Source: Gemmatimonadales bacterium
Lineage (GTDB): Bacteria; Gemmatimonadota; Gemmatimonadetes; Gemmatimonadales; GWC2-71-9
Reading direction: 5' to 3'
NCBI GenBank assembly: GCA_043741355.1
Contig: JAYUAL010000383.1
Coordinates: forward strand, 1 to 44,967
Length of the DNA stretch: 44,967 nucleotides
The notes below the pieces were generated by a model. It was not told the origin of the DNA, did no database searches, and was given only the letters and a program-made list of their open reading frames with translations. Shown here one piece after another: positions 1 through 9,322 of this stretch. A program made the translations under genes and the position numbers. How positions within the stretch are numbered: position 1 is the stretch's first letter; every line of letters starts with the position of its first letter.

Positions 1-1
1 C

Positions 2-1711
2 GGCCTCGACTCGATTCCGGACGCACGCAGCCTCACGGTCGCGCTTCCGCTCCGGGTGGGGCAGCCGTTCGACCGCACCCTGCTCGCCGCGACGGCGGAT
101 ACGATCGCCACCCGGCTGCAGGACCGCGGGTATCCCGAGGTGCGGGTGCGTCTGGGCAAGCGGGAGGTGAATCGGGAGGAGCACAGGGCCGATGTCACGC
201 TCCTGATCGAGCCCGGGGTTCCCTCGGTGATCGGGGAAATTCAGGTCGAGGGCGCTCAGACCGTGGACTCCTCGTTCGTGCGTTCGCTCCTCGCCACGGC
301 GCCGGGGCGCCGGTTCAGCTCCACCGACGTGGGCCAGAGTCAGCGCAACCTCTATCGCTCCGAGCTGTTCCGGTTTGCCACGGTCCGGCTGGATACGACG
401 CATTTCGTGGCAGGCTCCGGCGTGGTGCCGCTCACCATCGTGGTCACCGAGGGTCCCATGCACCGGGCTCGCGCGACCGTCGGCTACGGCACCAACGACT
501 GCTTCCGGCTGGGCGCGGGGTGGACCGCGCGCAACGCCCTCGGGCACGGGCAGATCTTCGACGTCTCGGCGCAGGCTTCGAAGGTGGGCGTGGGAGAGCC
601 GACACTGCTGGCCGCGCTCCGCAATTCGATCTGCTCGGCCCTCAAGGACGATTCGGTCGGGTCGGCCAAGCTCAACTACAACGTCTCGGCCTCGTTCCGC
701 CGGCCGGTCTTCCTTTCGCCGGCCAACACGCTCACGCTCTCGCTCTTTTCCGAGCGCAGGAGCGAGTTCGCGGTGTACCTGCGGGAAGACGTCGGCGGCG
801 CGGTGACCGTGCTCCGGGAAACCCAGAACCGGATTCCCGTCTCCCTGGCCTACCGGCTCTCCTATGGCAGGACCCAAGCGAACAATGTCTCGTTTTGCGC
901 ATTCTTCAACGCCTGCACCGAGACCGACATCAGCCAGCTCAGGCAGCGGCGCCTGCTCGCCACGCTGACCGCGAGCGCGGTGCGGATCCGAGTCAACAAT
1001 CCGCTGGATCCATCCCGGGGGACCTCGGCGACGGCCGAGGTGACCCACAGCTCGCGGCTGATCGGCTCATCGCGGTTCGCCCAGTTTACCCGCTTCCTGA
1101 GCGACGCCTCCTTTTACCAGCCGCTGGGCACCTCGGTGCTCGCGCTGCACGTCCGGGCCGGGATGGTGCTTTCGCCCAAGCTGGCCCTGACCGGTGGCGC
1201 GGCCAACTTCGTGCCGCCGGAGCAACGGTTCTACGCCGGCGGCCCCAACGACGTGCGCGGCTACAACCGCAATGAGCTCGGGCCGCTGGTGTACGTGGTG
1301 GGGGAGGGGGGGGTCGATTCCGCCGGGACGGTGGACCAGAAGCAGGTTCGGAGCGCCGCCACCGGCGGCAACACCCTGATCGTCGGCAACGCGGAGCTGC
1401 GGGTGCCGTCGCCGTTTCTCAAGACCCGGCTCCGCCTGGCCGGCTTCGTGGACGCGGGCTCGGTGTGGGAGCGCGGCGGGGGCCCCGGCTCGGGGCCCGC
1501 GCTTCGGATCACGCCGGGAGTCGGCCTGCGCTTCATCACGCCACTCGGCCCGGCGCGGCTGGATGTCGCCTACAACGGCTATGCGGTCCGGCCGGGTCGG
1601 TTGTACCTGATTCACCCCACCGGCAGCCTGGATCTGCTCCAATCCTCCTATCAGCCCCCCAAGCGGAACAGCCCCTGGGTGTTGCAGCTCGGCGTGGGGC
1701 AGGCGTTCTGA
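2..1711 (+). CDS. Omp85-family outer-membrane beta-barrel protein (TamA/BamA-like); 5' end lies outside the window
   Basis: The frame is open from nt 2 to the TGA at 1709-1711, so track ORF 56..1711 starts at an internal GTG. The C-terminal barrel shows surface-antigen-like strands (GGNTLIVGNAELRVP, RITPGVGLRFITPLGPARLDVAYN). A TamB-like giant protein follows with a TGATG 1-nt overlap. Confidence 0.8.
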   Translation, partial: GLDSIPDARSLTVALPLRVGQPFDRTLLAATADTIATRLQDRGYPEVRVRLGKREVNREEHRADVTLLIEPGVPSVIGEIQVEGAQTVDSSFVRSLLATAPGRRFSSTDVGQSQRNLYRSELFRFATVRLDTTHFVAGSGVVPLTIVVTEGPMHRARATVGYGTNDCFRLGAGWTARNALGHGQIFDVSAQASKVGVGEPTLLAALRNSICSALKDDSVGSAKLNYNVSASFRRPVFLSPANTLTLSLFSERRSEFAVYLREDVGGAVTVLRETQNRIPVSLAYRLSYGRTQANNVSFCAFFNACTETDISQLRQRRLLATLTASAVRIRVNNPLDPSRGTSATAEVTHSSRLIGSSRFAQFTRFLSDASFYQPLGTSVLALHVRAGMVLSPKLALTGGAANFVPPEQRFYAGGPNDVRGYNRNELGPLVYVVGEGGVDSAGTVDQKQVRSAATGGNTLIVGNAELRVPSPFLKTRLRLAGFVDAGSVWERGGGPGSGPALRITPGVGLRFITPLGPARLDVAYNGYAVRPGRLYLIHPTGSLDLLQSSYQPPKRNSPWVLQLGVGQAF

Positions 1712-4700
1712 TGCGGCGGCGCCTGATCCGCTGGGTCTTCGTCGTGCTGGTCGGCGCCGTGGCCGCGGTGCTCGGCGTGGCCACCGCGCTGCTCTATTCC
1801 CCGCCCGGGCGCGAGCTGCTGGTCCGTCTGGTCTCGGGGCGCGCCGGCGGCATGGTCCGGGGCTCCCTCGCGATTGGTGCGGTGAGCGGGCGCTGGCTGA
1901 CCGGGTTCAACCTCGAGCGGGTGGTCATCAAGGACAGCACCGGGGCGCTGCTCGCCGATGTCCCCCGGGTAGAAATCAGCTATCGCCTGGGCGACATCCT
2001 GGGCGGAAGGATCCTGATCGGCTCGCTCCGGCTTCACCGCCCGGTGATCCAGATCATCAAGCACCGCAGCGGCCGGGTCAACTACGAGGAAATCTTCCGG
2101 CTTGGTGAAACCAGTTCCACCGGCGGCCCTCCACAGCTGGTGGAGATTCACGACCTGGTCATCGACAGCGGTACCGTCACAATCCGGCTGCCCTGGAATC
2201 CCGACGGGCGGCTCCGTACCAGGGCGCGGGTGGACTCGGCCCTGGCCTACGAGCGGACCAAGCCGGGACGGCGCATCGAGCCGGGTCCCGAAGGGCTCGA
2301 GATGGTGCGGACGATCGAGGACCTCGATTCGTCGATGCCGCTGGTCCGGTTATCGAGTCCGGACAACTCCCCGACGCAGGTCGACATCGAGCGCCTCCGG
2401 GCCCGGATCAGCGATCCGGCCATCCAGATTTCCGATCTCAAGGCGGAGCTGAGAACCAAGAACGACAGCCTCGTCTTCACGGTGGAGCACGCCGAGCTCC
2501 CGGCCACCTCGCTCTCCGGGGCGGGACGCCTCGACTGGCCCCGGGATACCATCCTCTACCACTTCAGTCTCCAGGCCAGCCGGCTCGCGCTCCGGGACAT
2601 GCGCTGGATTTCGCCGGGTTTCCCCGATTTTACCGGGACGGCCCATATCGAAGCGAGCTCGGTGAGCGGCTCCCGCACCGAGTACAGTATCCGGAACCTC
2701 GCGGTGGGCGACTCGACCTCCCGGGTGACCGGCCGCCTGGTCGCTCTCACCGATGTGTACCAGGGGCTGGGCTTCCGGCGCCTCGGCCTCGAGCTCCAGA
2801 ATCTGAATCTCGATGTGGTGCGACCCTATCTGGATTCGATCCCGTTCTACGGCACGATCACCGGCAGGCTCGGCGCCGACGGCTTCTTCGGGGCGCTGAC
2901 TGTCTCCCTCGACTGGCAGTTCCGCGACGCGAAGATTCCCGGCGCCGAGAGCCGGCTGGGGCTGGACGGCCCGGTAACATTGGGCGGGCGCGACGGAATG
3001 GTCTTCCGCGGCGCCCGGCTGTCCCACACCGACGTGGATCTGCGGACGGTACGACGGGTGGCGCCGGGGGTCATCCTCGAGGGCCGGCTCGGGATGACCG
3101 GCTCCCTCACCGATCCGTGGAAGAACGTGGTGTTCGACGGCTCCGCCGAGCACCGGGACGACAGCCGGCCTCCGAGCCGGATCGTCGGGAGGGTTCGCCT
3201 CGATACTCGCGGCCCGGTGCTGGGGCTCGAGACGGACATCGTGCTCGACTCGCTGGCCTTCGAAGGCATTCGCCGCACCTTCCCGACGCTCACGGCGCGG
3301 GGCTCGCTGGGCGGCCGGGTCAAACTGTCGGGAACGCTCGACCGCCTCGTGGTAGACGCCGACGTGGGCGGGGCGATCGGAACCATTCGTGCCGTCGGTA
3401 CCACGACGCTCGCGCCTCCCCACTGGGGCGCCGACTCACTGCGGATCACATTCGGCAACCTGGACCTGCAGGCGCTGACCGGAACCGGACCGGAAACCCG
3501 GCTGCAGGGCGCCCTGGAGGCGTCCGGCACCGTCGACTCGGGCAAACCGCCGGCCGGCCGGCTGGCGCTGACGCTGGGGCAGGGACGAATCCGGGAGTTC
3601 ACCCTGGACTCGGCGATGGCGCTGGTGACCGCCGCCGACAGCGTGATCCGGCTCGATACCCTGCGGGCCTACTTTGCCGAGGGCCAGCTCGGCGGCGGAG
3701 GCACCATCGGCTGGGCTCCTCCCAAGACCGGCGTCATGGCCTTCCACGTCGAGGCGAAAGATCTGGCCCCGTTCGATTCGGTGGCGCTTCGGCTCACCGG
3801 GTTCACCCGGGACAGCCTGACCGGGGTCCGGATGAGCGGAAGCGCGCGGGGCGACGTAACCCTCGAGGGCGCCCTGGGGGCCCTCAAGATGGACGCCGCG
3901 GTGCTGGTCGATTCGTTGCACTGGCTCACCTACGGCGCGCGGAATCTTCAGGGACGGTTGCTCTGGTTGCGCGGAGACTCGGCCCTCACCGCCAGCGTCT
4001 CGGCCGACACGTTGAGAGACGGCGGTTTGGAGTTTACCGCCGTCCAGTTGGGGGGCCACGCACATCCCGATTCGCTGCACTGGGTCGCCTCGGCGGAGAG
4101 CCGCTACGGGATGCGGCTGGCGGGTGCCGGCCTGTTCCAGCGTCGGCCCGCGTCTATCTTGTTCCGCACCGACACCCTGAGCCTCGATCTGCTGGGCCGG
4201 CAATGGTGGCTGTCCCATCCGGTTGACGCAATCATCCGCGATTCGTTGGTGACGCTGGACACCGTCCGGCTGGTGACCCGTGACGGTTCCGGGAGCGTCG
4301 AGCTGGCGGGGGATATTTCGCGCGGCGCCGCCAGCAATCTGTCGATCACCGCCCTCGGGATCGAGCTGCGGGAGATTTACGGGCTGACCCAGCGCGATAC
4401 GACCGACATCCGTGGCTCGGTGCTGGTCGACGCCCGGGTTGCCGGCACCGCCAAGGCCCCCGAGCTCCGGGGGACCGGCAGTCTCACGGGCGGGGTGTTC
4501 GGCGATTTCCAGGCGCCCCTGGTTCGCAACGCGTTCGACTATCGGGGACGCGTGTTGCGCTCCAACCTCACCTTTTGGCGCGCCGGCGTGCCGGTAGTGG
4601 AGGTGGACGCTTCCCTGCCGCTCGACCTGGCGTTCGGCCCTGTGACCAAGCGGCAACTGCCCGGCCCGATCAGTATCGTGGCCAAGGGTGACAGTGTCGA

Positions 4701-6120
4701 CCTGGCGCTGGTGGAGGCATTCACTCCCAATTTGCGCAAGGTGACCGGCTTCCTGAGCACGGACCTGCGGGTGGAAGGGAGCTGGGACTCACCCCGACTG
4801 GCGGGACACATGCAGGTGATCGACGGGGGCGCAGACGTTCCGGCGCTTGGCGTTCGGTACGGGCCCATTACCGGCGGGCTCCGGTTTTCGGGCGACTCGA
4901 TCGTCGCCGAGAACCTCAGGATTGGTGGCAAGACGGGTGAGCTCGACGTGACCGGCGCGGTCCGGCTCGAACGTCTCACCACCCCGGTTCTGGGGCTCGC
5001 CCTCTCGGCCCGGGAGTTCGAGCTGATCGACGTTCGGGAGTACCTCAAAATCACCACCTGGGGCGACGTCAACCTGAGCGGTTCGCTGCTGCATCCCGTC
5101 CTTACCGGGGCGGGGCGGCTTACCAACAGCGTCATCTTCTTCGCGGACCTGGTGTCCAAGGACATCGTAAACCTCGAGGACCCGCTCAACGCCGACCTGG
5201 TGGATACGCTGGCACTCCGCCAGCAGGGACTCGGCGCCAATTTCCAGAGCCGGTTCCTCGACTCGCTCAGCATTCGCGACCTCGACTTCATCGCCGACGA
5301 GGGAGTCTGGCTCCGATCGACCGAGGCCAACTTCCAGCTCGAGGGCCGGTTGCGGGTGAACAAGACTCGCAAGCTCTACCAGATCGAGGGGAGCCTCAAT
5401 ACTCCGCGCGGCAGCTACACGCTCGCGATCGGCCCCATCATTCGGAGCTTCACGGTGGAGCGGGGGGCGGTGCGGTACTTCGGAGACCTGAACGCCGAGC
5501 TCGATGTCCAGGCGCGCCACGTGCTCAACTCCAATTCGGCCGGAAGTCAGAGCGAGATCCCGATCATTGCCCACATCACCGGGACGCTCAACGTGCCCAA
5601 GCTTTCGCTCTCGACACCTCCGGACCGGCCTCCCATGTCGCAGCAGGAGCTGATCGCGCTCCTGGTATTCGGAACCACGGATACCCGCGCCGCCGTTCAG
5701 TCCGTCGGGGGATTGAACGCGCCGGCGTACGCGTATGCCACCGCGCTCAATGCATTTGCCAGCGAGCTCCAGCGTTCGTTACTGTCGAGAAACAACGCCC
5801 CGGACATGTTCCAGATCCGGCCGGGGTATTCCTACGGGCTCCAGGGCTCGGTGAGCTCGGCCACTGAGATCGCGGTCGGGAATGCGATTGGAAAGAAGTT
5901 GTTCGTCACCGGCAACGTGGGCTTCTGCCTCAACAACAACCGGAACGCGTTCAGCGCCAAGAATATCGGCGCCAGCGTCGAATACCGGTTTGTCCGGGAT
6001 CTGCGGCTGGTGGTCTCGGCCGAGCCGGTGCAAACCTGTTTCGGTCTCGGAGCAGAATCGCTCGCGGCCACTCGTCGCTACCAGTTCGGTACCGAGCTTC
6101 GCTGGGACCGGGACTACTAG
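1711..6120 (+). CDS. tamB: Translocation/assembly module protein TamB-like (about 1470 aa, N-terminal signal anchor)
   Basis: ATG at 1711 (MRRRLIRWVFVVLVGAVAAVLGV...) lies inside track ORF 1465..6120 and overlaps the upstream stop by 1 nt. The product is a very long beta-rich protein placed directly after an Omp85 gene, the usual TamA-TamB arrangement. The DUF490 C-terminal assignment is from memory of the family, not from a search. Confidence 0.7.
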   Translation: MRRRLIRWVFVVLVGAVAAVLGVATALLYSPPGRELLVRLVSGRAGGMVRGSLAIGAVSGRWLTGFNLERVVIKDSTGALLADVPRVEISYRLGDILGGRILIGSLRLHRPVIQIIKHRSGRVNYEEIFRLGETSSTGGPPQLVEIHDLVIDSGTVTIRLPWNPDGRLRTRARVDSALAYERTKPGRRIEPGPEGLEMVRTIEDLDSSMPLVRLSSPDNSPTQVDIERLRARISDPAIQISDLKAELRTKNDSLVFTVEHAELPATSLSGAGRLDWPRDTILYHFSLQASRLALRDMRWISPGFPDFTGTAHIEASSVSGSRTEYSIRNLAVGDSTSRVTGRLVALTDVYQGLGFRRLGLELQNLNLDVVRPYLDSIPFYGTITGRLGADGFFGALTVSLDWQFRDAKIPGAESRLGLDGPVTLGGRDGMVFRGARLSHTDVDLRTVRRVAPGVILEGRLGMTGSLTDPWKNVVFDGSAEHRDDSRPPSRIVGRVRLDTRGPVLGLETDIVLDSLAFEGIRRTFPTLTARGSLGGRVKLSGTLDRLVVDADVGGAIGTIRAVGTTTLAPPHWGADSLRITFGNLDLQALTGTGPETRLQGALEASGTVDSGKPPAGRLALTLGQGRIREFTLDSAMALVTAADSVIRLDTLRAYFAEGQLGGGGTIGWAPPKTGVMAFHVEAKDLAPFDSVALRLTGFTRDSLTGVRMSGSARGDVTLEGALGALKMDAAVLVDSLHWLTYGARNLQGRLLWLRGDSALTASVSADTLRDGGLEFTAVQLGGHAHPDSLHWVASAESRYGMRLAGAGLFQRRPASILFRTDTLSLDLLGRQWWLSHPVDAIIRDSLVTLDTVRLVTRDGSGSVELAGDISRGAASNLSITALGIELREIYGLTQRDTTDIRGSVLVDARVAGTAKAPELRGTGSLTGGVFGDFQAPLVRNAFDYRGRVLRSNLTFWRAGVPVVEVDASLPLDLAFGPVTKRQLPGPISIVAKGDSVDLALVEAFTPNLRKVTGFLSTDLRVEGSWDSPRLAGHMQVIDGGADVPALGVRYGPITGGLRFSGDSIVAENLRIGGKTGELDVTGAVRLERLTTPVLGLALSAREFELIDVREYLKITTWGDVNLSGSLLHPVLTGAGRLTNSVIFFADLVSKDIVNLEDPLNADLVDTLALRQQGLGANFQSRFLDSLSIRDLDFIADEGVWLRSTEANFQLEGRLRVNKTRKLYQIEGSLNTPRGSYTLAIGPIIRSFTVERGAVRYFGDLNAELDVQARHVLNSNSAGSQSEIPIIAHITGTLNVPKLSLSTPPDRPPMSQQELIALLVFGTTDTRAAVQSVGGLNAPAYAYATALNAFASELQRSLLSRNNAPDMFQIRPGYSYGLQGSVSSATEIAVGNAIGKKLFVTGNVGFCLNNNRNAFSAKNIGASVEYRFVRDLRLVVSAEPVQTCFGLGAESLAATRRYQFGTELRWDRDY

Positions 6121-6122
6121 GA

Positions 6123-7028
6123 GTGGGACGGGTTCTCCTGATTGCCAATCCGGTTGCCGCGCGGACCAATGACCCTGCGCGTCACCGAGTGGTGGAGTAT
6201 CTCGGCCGCGAGGGGTGGCAGGTCGAGATGGCCGTGACCACCGGGCCGGACGATGCGCGGGCGCTGGCGAGCGAGGGCGTAGCCGCGGGCGTCGATGCCG
6301 TCGCGGTTTTCGGCGGTGACGGCACCTCGATGCAGGCGGCGGCAGCGCTGATCGGTACCGGCGTGCCGCTGGCGCTCATCCCGGGAGGCACCGGCAACCT
6401 GCTCGCCGGAAACCTCCGGATTCCGACCAATCCGGTGCGGGCCGCGCGGGCGCTGGTCCGCGGGAAGCGTCGGGTGATCGATCTGGGACGGGTGGTGCTT
6501 TCCGATGGAGACCACTACTTCGGAGTCGCCTGCGGCGCGGGGGTCGACGCGGCGGTGATGGGAGGGACCCAAACCGCCAACAAGCGGCGCTGGGGCATCG
6601 GCGCCTACTTCGCCAGCACCTTCCGGGTCCTCCCGACAATCAGGAGCGCTCTCTGCACCATAACAGTGGACGGAAGCTGCTTCGACGTCCAAGCCGCTCT
6701 GGTCCTGATCATGAACTGCGGCGAGATGATCCCGCCCCTGGTACGAGTCCGGCCCGAGATCAATCCGGAGGACGGCATTCTCGATCTGGTGGCCATCGCC
6801 GCGGACACGCCATGGGAGGGGATCCGTGGGCTGCTCCGGGTCGTCTTCGACGGCCGCCGCGAGGAAATCAGGGAGACTTCTTACATCCGCTATGCCCGCG
6901 GCAGCCGATTCACCGTAACGGCTTCCGAGCCAATGCCGGTGCAGTTCGACGGCGATCCGGTCGGCACCACGCCGCTCACCGCCGAGGTGATGCCCGGCGC
7001 GCTGACGGTGATGGTCCCGAGGGATTGA
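6123..7028 (+). CDS. Diacylglycerol kinase-family lipid kinase (YegS/BmrU-like)
   Basis: GTG start 2 nt after the tamB stop. Carries the DAGK catalytic-domain motif VAVFGGDGTSMQAA, and LIPGGTGNLLA. Confidence 0.8.
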   Translation: MGRVLLIANPVAARTNDPARHRVVEYLGREGWQVEMAVTTGPDDARALASEGVAAGVDAVAVFGGDGTSMQAAAALIGTGVPLALIPGGTGNLLAGNLRIPTNPVRAARALVRGKRRVIDLGRVVLSDGDHYFGVACGAGVDAAVMGGTQTANKRRWGIGAYFASTFRVLPTIRSALCTITVDGSCFDVQAALVLIMNCGEMIPPLVRVRPEINPEDGILDLVAIAADTPWEGIRGLLRVVFDGRREEIRETSYIRYARGSRFTVTASEPMPVQFDGDPVGTTPLTAEVMPGALTVMVPRD

Positions 7029-7085
7029 CCGGTGAAATCGGGTCGTATTGCGCTCGGGAGCGACTGCCTACATTCTTGACAGACA

Positions 7086-8429
7086 ATGACCGACTCCGTC
7101 CTCCTGATTCACGACGATAGCGGACTGCTCCGCAGTATCGGCGCCCGATTCGAGGAATCGGGCGCCGAGGTACTGCGGGAGCTCTCCGGCGACGCCGGCG
7201 CGGCCACGCTCGCGCGAGCCCATCCCGACGTTGTTTGCGTGGCGATGCACATCGCCGACGGGGCGGCTTCGCTGATGCAGAAGCTCGCGTCCGATCATGC
7301 GCTGGTGGTGGTCTTCGGCGAGCAGCTCGATCCTGCTGCCATCGCGCGGGTGATGACGGCGGGTGCGAGCCGCGTGGCCGATACCGCGCACGATCCGGAG
7401 CTCCTGTTCTCGGTGGCTCAGGGTGCCGCGGCGGAGGGACGCCGGCGGCGAGCGGCCGACCAGCAGTTCCGCGACGGGTCGCCCCGCTTCGGCTCGGACT
7501 CGCTGGGCAGCTCGCCGGCGCTGCGCCAGGTCTCCCATCAGATCGGCCTTCTGGCGCAGAGCGAGCGGACCACGCTCCTCATCACGGGCGAGGCCGGTGT
7601 CGGCAAGGCCTGGGCGGCCCGGGTCATTCACGATCTCGGCTCGCGCTCGGGGCGACCGTTTCTCTCGGTACGTCTCGGCGGGCGAAACCCGACCTATCTC
7701 GAGTCCTTGGTCTTCGGCCACGAAAAAGGAGCCTTCATCGAGGCCACCGAGCGCCGGCGCGGACTGCTCGAGCTCGCCGAGGGCGGCACCCTGCTGCTCC
7801 GGGAGATCGCGGATCTCCCGGTCGAGCTGCAGCCCAAGCTGCTCCGGGTCCTGGAGACCCGTACCTTCCGGAGGCTGGGCGGCACCCAGGACATCGCCGC
7901 GGACACCCGTCTCATGGTCACCACGCGTCGCGACCTTGCCGCCGAGGTGGACGCGGAGCGGTTCCGCCAGGATCTGTTCTATCGCCTGAGCGTGATGTCC
8001 CTGGCGATGCCGCCGCTCCGGGAGCGCTCGGCGGAAGACCGCGCGGGATTGATCGCGGCGATTCATGGCGAGCTCAAGGGCGTGCATCCCGAGGGACCGG
8101 CGGTTATTTCGCCCGAAGCGCTGGGCCGGCTCAACGAAAACGCCTGGCCCGGCAACATCCGCGAGATGGAAAACGTGCTGGAACGCAGCATGGTCATTGC
8201 GCGGGGGCAGATCGCCATGGGGGTGGAGCACCTCCCCGGAGAATTTCGCGCCCGCCCCGGCATCGGCGACCGCCGCCATACACCGATGAGCATCGACGAT
8301 CTGGAGCGCCAGCACATCGAGCGGACCCTGCGATACCACGGTGGCAACCGGACCCGCGCCGCCAAGGAGCTGGGGATTTCCCGCGCGACGCTGATCAACA
8401 AGATCAAGCTCTACGGCCTGACCGACTAA
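7086..8429 (+). CDS. NtrC-family sigma-54-type AAA+ transcriptional activator with degenerate receiver, GAFTGA and Walker B motifs
   Basis: Walker A GEAGVGKA. ESLVFGHEKGAFIEA sits where ESELFGHEKGAFTGA is expected. GGTLLLREIAD sits where GGTLFLDEIGD is expected. Also DLFYRL, PPLRERSED and WPGNIREMEN. C-terminal Fis-type HTH NRTRAAKELGISRATLINKI. Confidence 0.85.
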   Translation: MTDSVLLIHDDSGLLRSIGARFEESGAEVLRELSGDAGAATLARAHPDVVCVAMHIADGAASLMQKLASDHALVVVFGEQLDPAAIARVMTAGASRVADTAHDPELLFSVAQGAAAEGRRRRAADQQFRDGSPRFGSDSLGSSPALRQVSHQIGLLAQSERTTLLITGEAGVGKAWAARVIHDLGSRSGRPFLSVRLGGRNPTYLESLVFGHEKGAFIEATERRRGLLELAEGGTLLLREIADLPVELQPKLLRVLETRTFRRLGGTQDIAADTRLMVTTRRDLAAEVDAERFRQDLFYRLSVMSLAMPPLRERSAEDRAGLIAAIHGELKGVHPEGPAVISPEALGRLNENAWPGNIREMENVLERSMVIARGQIAMGVEHLPGEFRARPGIGDRRHTPMSIDDLERQHIERTLRYHGGNRTRAAKELGISRATLINKIKLYGLTD

Positions 8430-8435
8430 GACGTA

Positions 8436-8627
8436 ATGACCCTGCGACCCCGGAAGCCGGCGACCGATGTGATGGAGTGCCGCGCCTGCGGACGGGACGA
8501 GCGTGCGTCCGAGGGATATCCCTGTTCCCGCTGCGGCACCTTCATCTGCGTCATCTGCAACCTGCGCGGCGTTACGCTCTGCCGGAAGTGCTCGGTCGAA
8601 ACCGGGGGCGGAACGACGAACGCGTGA
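8436..8627 (+). CDS. Small cysteine-rich protein with four CxxC pairs (predicted double zinc ribbon), 63 aa
   Basis: ATG 6 nt after the activator stop. High GC3 codon usage. CxxC at C15/C18, C30/C33, C38/C41 and C49/C52. Its TGA (8625-8627) overlaps the GTG (8624-8626) of the next gene. Confidence 0.55.
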   Translation: MTLRPRKPATDVMECRACGRDERASEGYPCSRCGTFICVICNLRGVTLCRKCSVETGGGTTNA

Positions 8628-9322
8628 AGCGCAAGCTCGTCCTCTTCGATATCGATGGCACCCTTCTCCTCTCCGCCGGCGCCGGCCGCCGTGCAATCCA
8701 CTCGGCGTTGGGCGAACGGGGCGTCGACCTGGCACCGGTTTCCGGCGTCCGCTTCGACGGGAAGACCGATCCCCAGATCATCGTAGAGCTGCTCGCGGCC
8801 GCAGGAGATCCCGCGCCCGAAGAGCCGGTGCGGGTCGCCGAGCTGCTCGAGCTCTACATCTCCCACCTGGCGCGCGACCTGGCGGAACATGGCCACCGCT
8901 CCCTGGTGATGCCCGGGATCCCCGCGCTCCTCGATGCCCTCGAGGCGGACCAGGGAGTCGTGCTGGGGCTCCTCACCGGCAACGTGGTCACCGGCGCCCG
9001 GCTCAAGCTGGTCGCGGCCGGTCTCGACCCCGACCGGTTCGTCGTGGGGGCCTACGGCTCGGACCACCACCGACGCAGTGAACTGCCCCCCGTCGCCGCG
9101 CGGCGGGCCGAGCGGCATTTCGGGCGGATTCCCGAGGGCGCCGAGGTCGTGATCATCGGCGACACTCCGGCGGACGTGCACTGCGGTGAATGCATCGGCG
9201 CCCGCACCATCGCGGTGGCCACCGGCGGCTATACCGTGACCCAGCTCGCTGCGACAGGCGCCGACCGGGTGTTCGCCGATTTTGCGGACGTGGAGCAGGC
9301 CAGGGAGGCGATCCTATCCTAG
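8624..9322 (+). CDS. HAD-superfamily hydrolase (phosphoglycolate phosphatase-like)
   Basis: GTG start within track ORF 7235..9322. Motif I LVLFDIDGTLL (DxDxT), LLTGN, and motif IV IIGDTPADV. Confidence 0.8.
   Translation: MKRKLVLFDIDGTLLLSAGAGRRAIHSALGERGVDLAPVSGVRFDGKTDPQIIVELLAAAGDPAPEEPVRVAELLELYISHLARDLAEHGHRSLVMPGIPALLDALEADQGVVLGLLTGNVVTGARLKLVAAGLDPDRFVVGAYGSDHHRRSELPPVAARRAERHFGRIPEGAEVVIIGDTPADVHCGECIGARTIAVATGGYTVTQLAATGADRVFADFADVEQAREAILS

Noticed and set aside
5210-5224. A TGGCAC-N7-GC match (TGGCACTCCGCCAGC) resembling a sigma-54 -24/-12 promoter.
   Set aside because: It lies deep inside the tamB coding sequence. The -12 element is CAGC rather than TTGC, and no gene start follows it. 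It is most likely chance in GC-rich DNA. I found no convincing -24/-12 element upstream of any gene in the window.
7040-7085. A TTGACA hexamer (7076-7081) and TACATT upstream of the activator gene, as a possible promoter.
   Set aside because: TTGACA ends 4 nt before the ATG, so it cannot be a -35 box for this gene. TACATT lacks a convincing -35 partner at 16-18 nt. Left uncalled.
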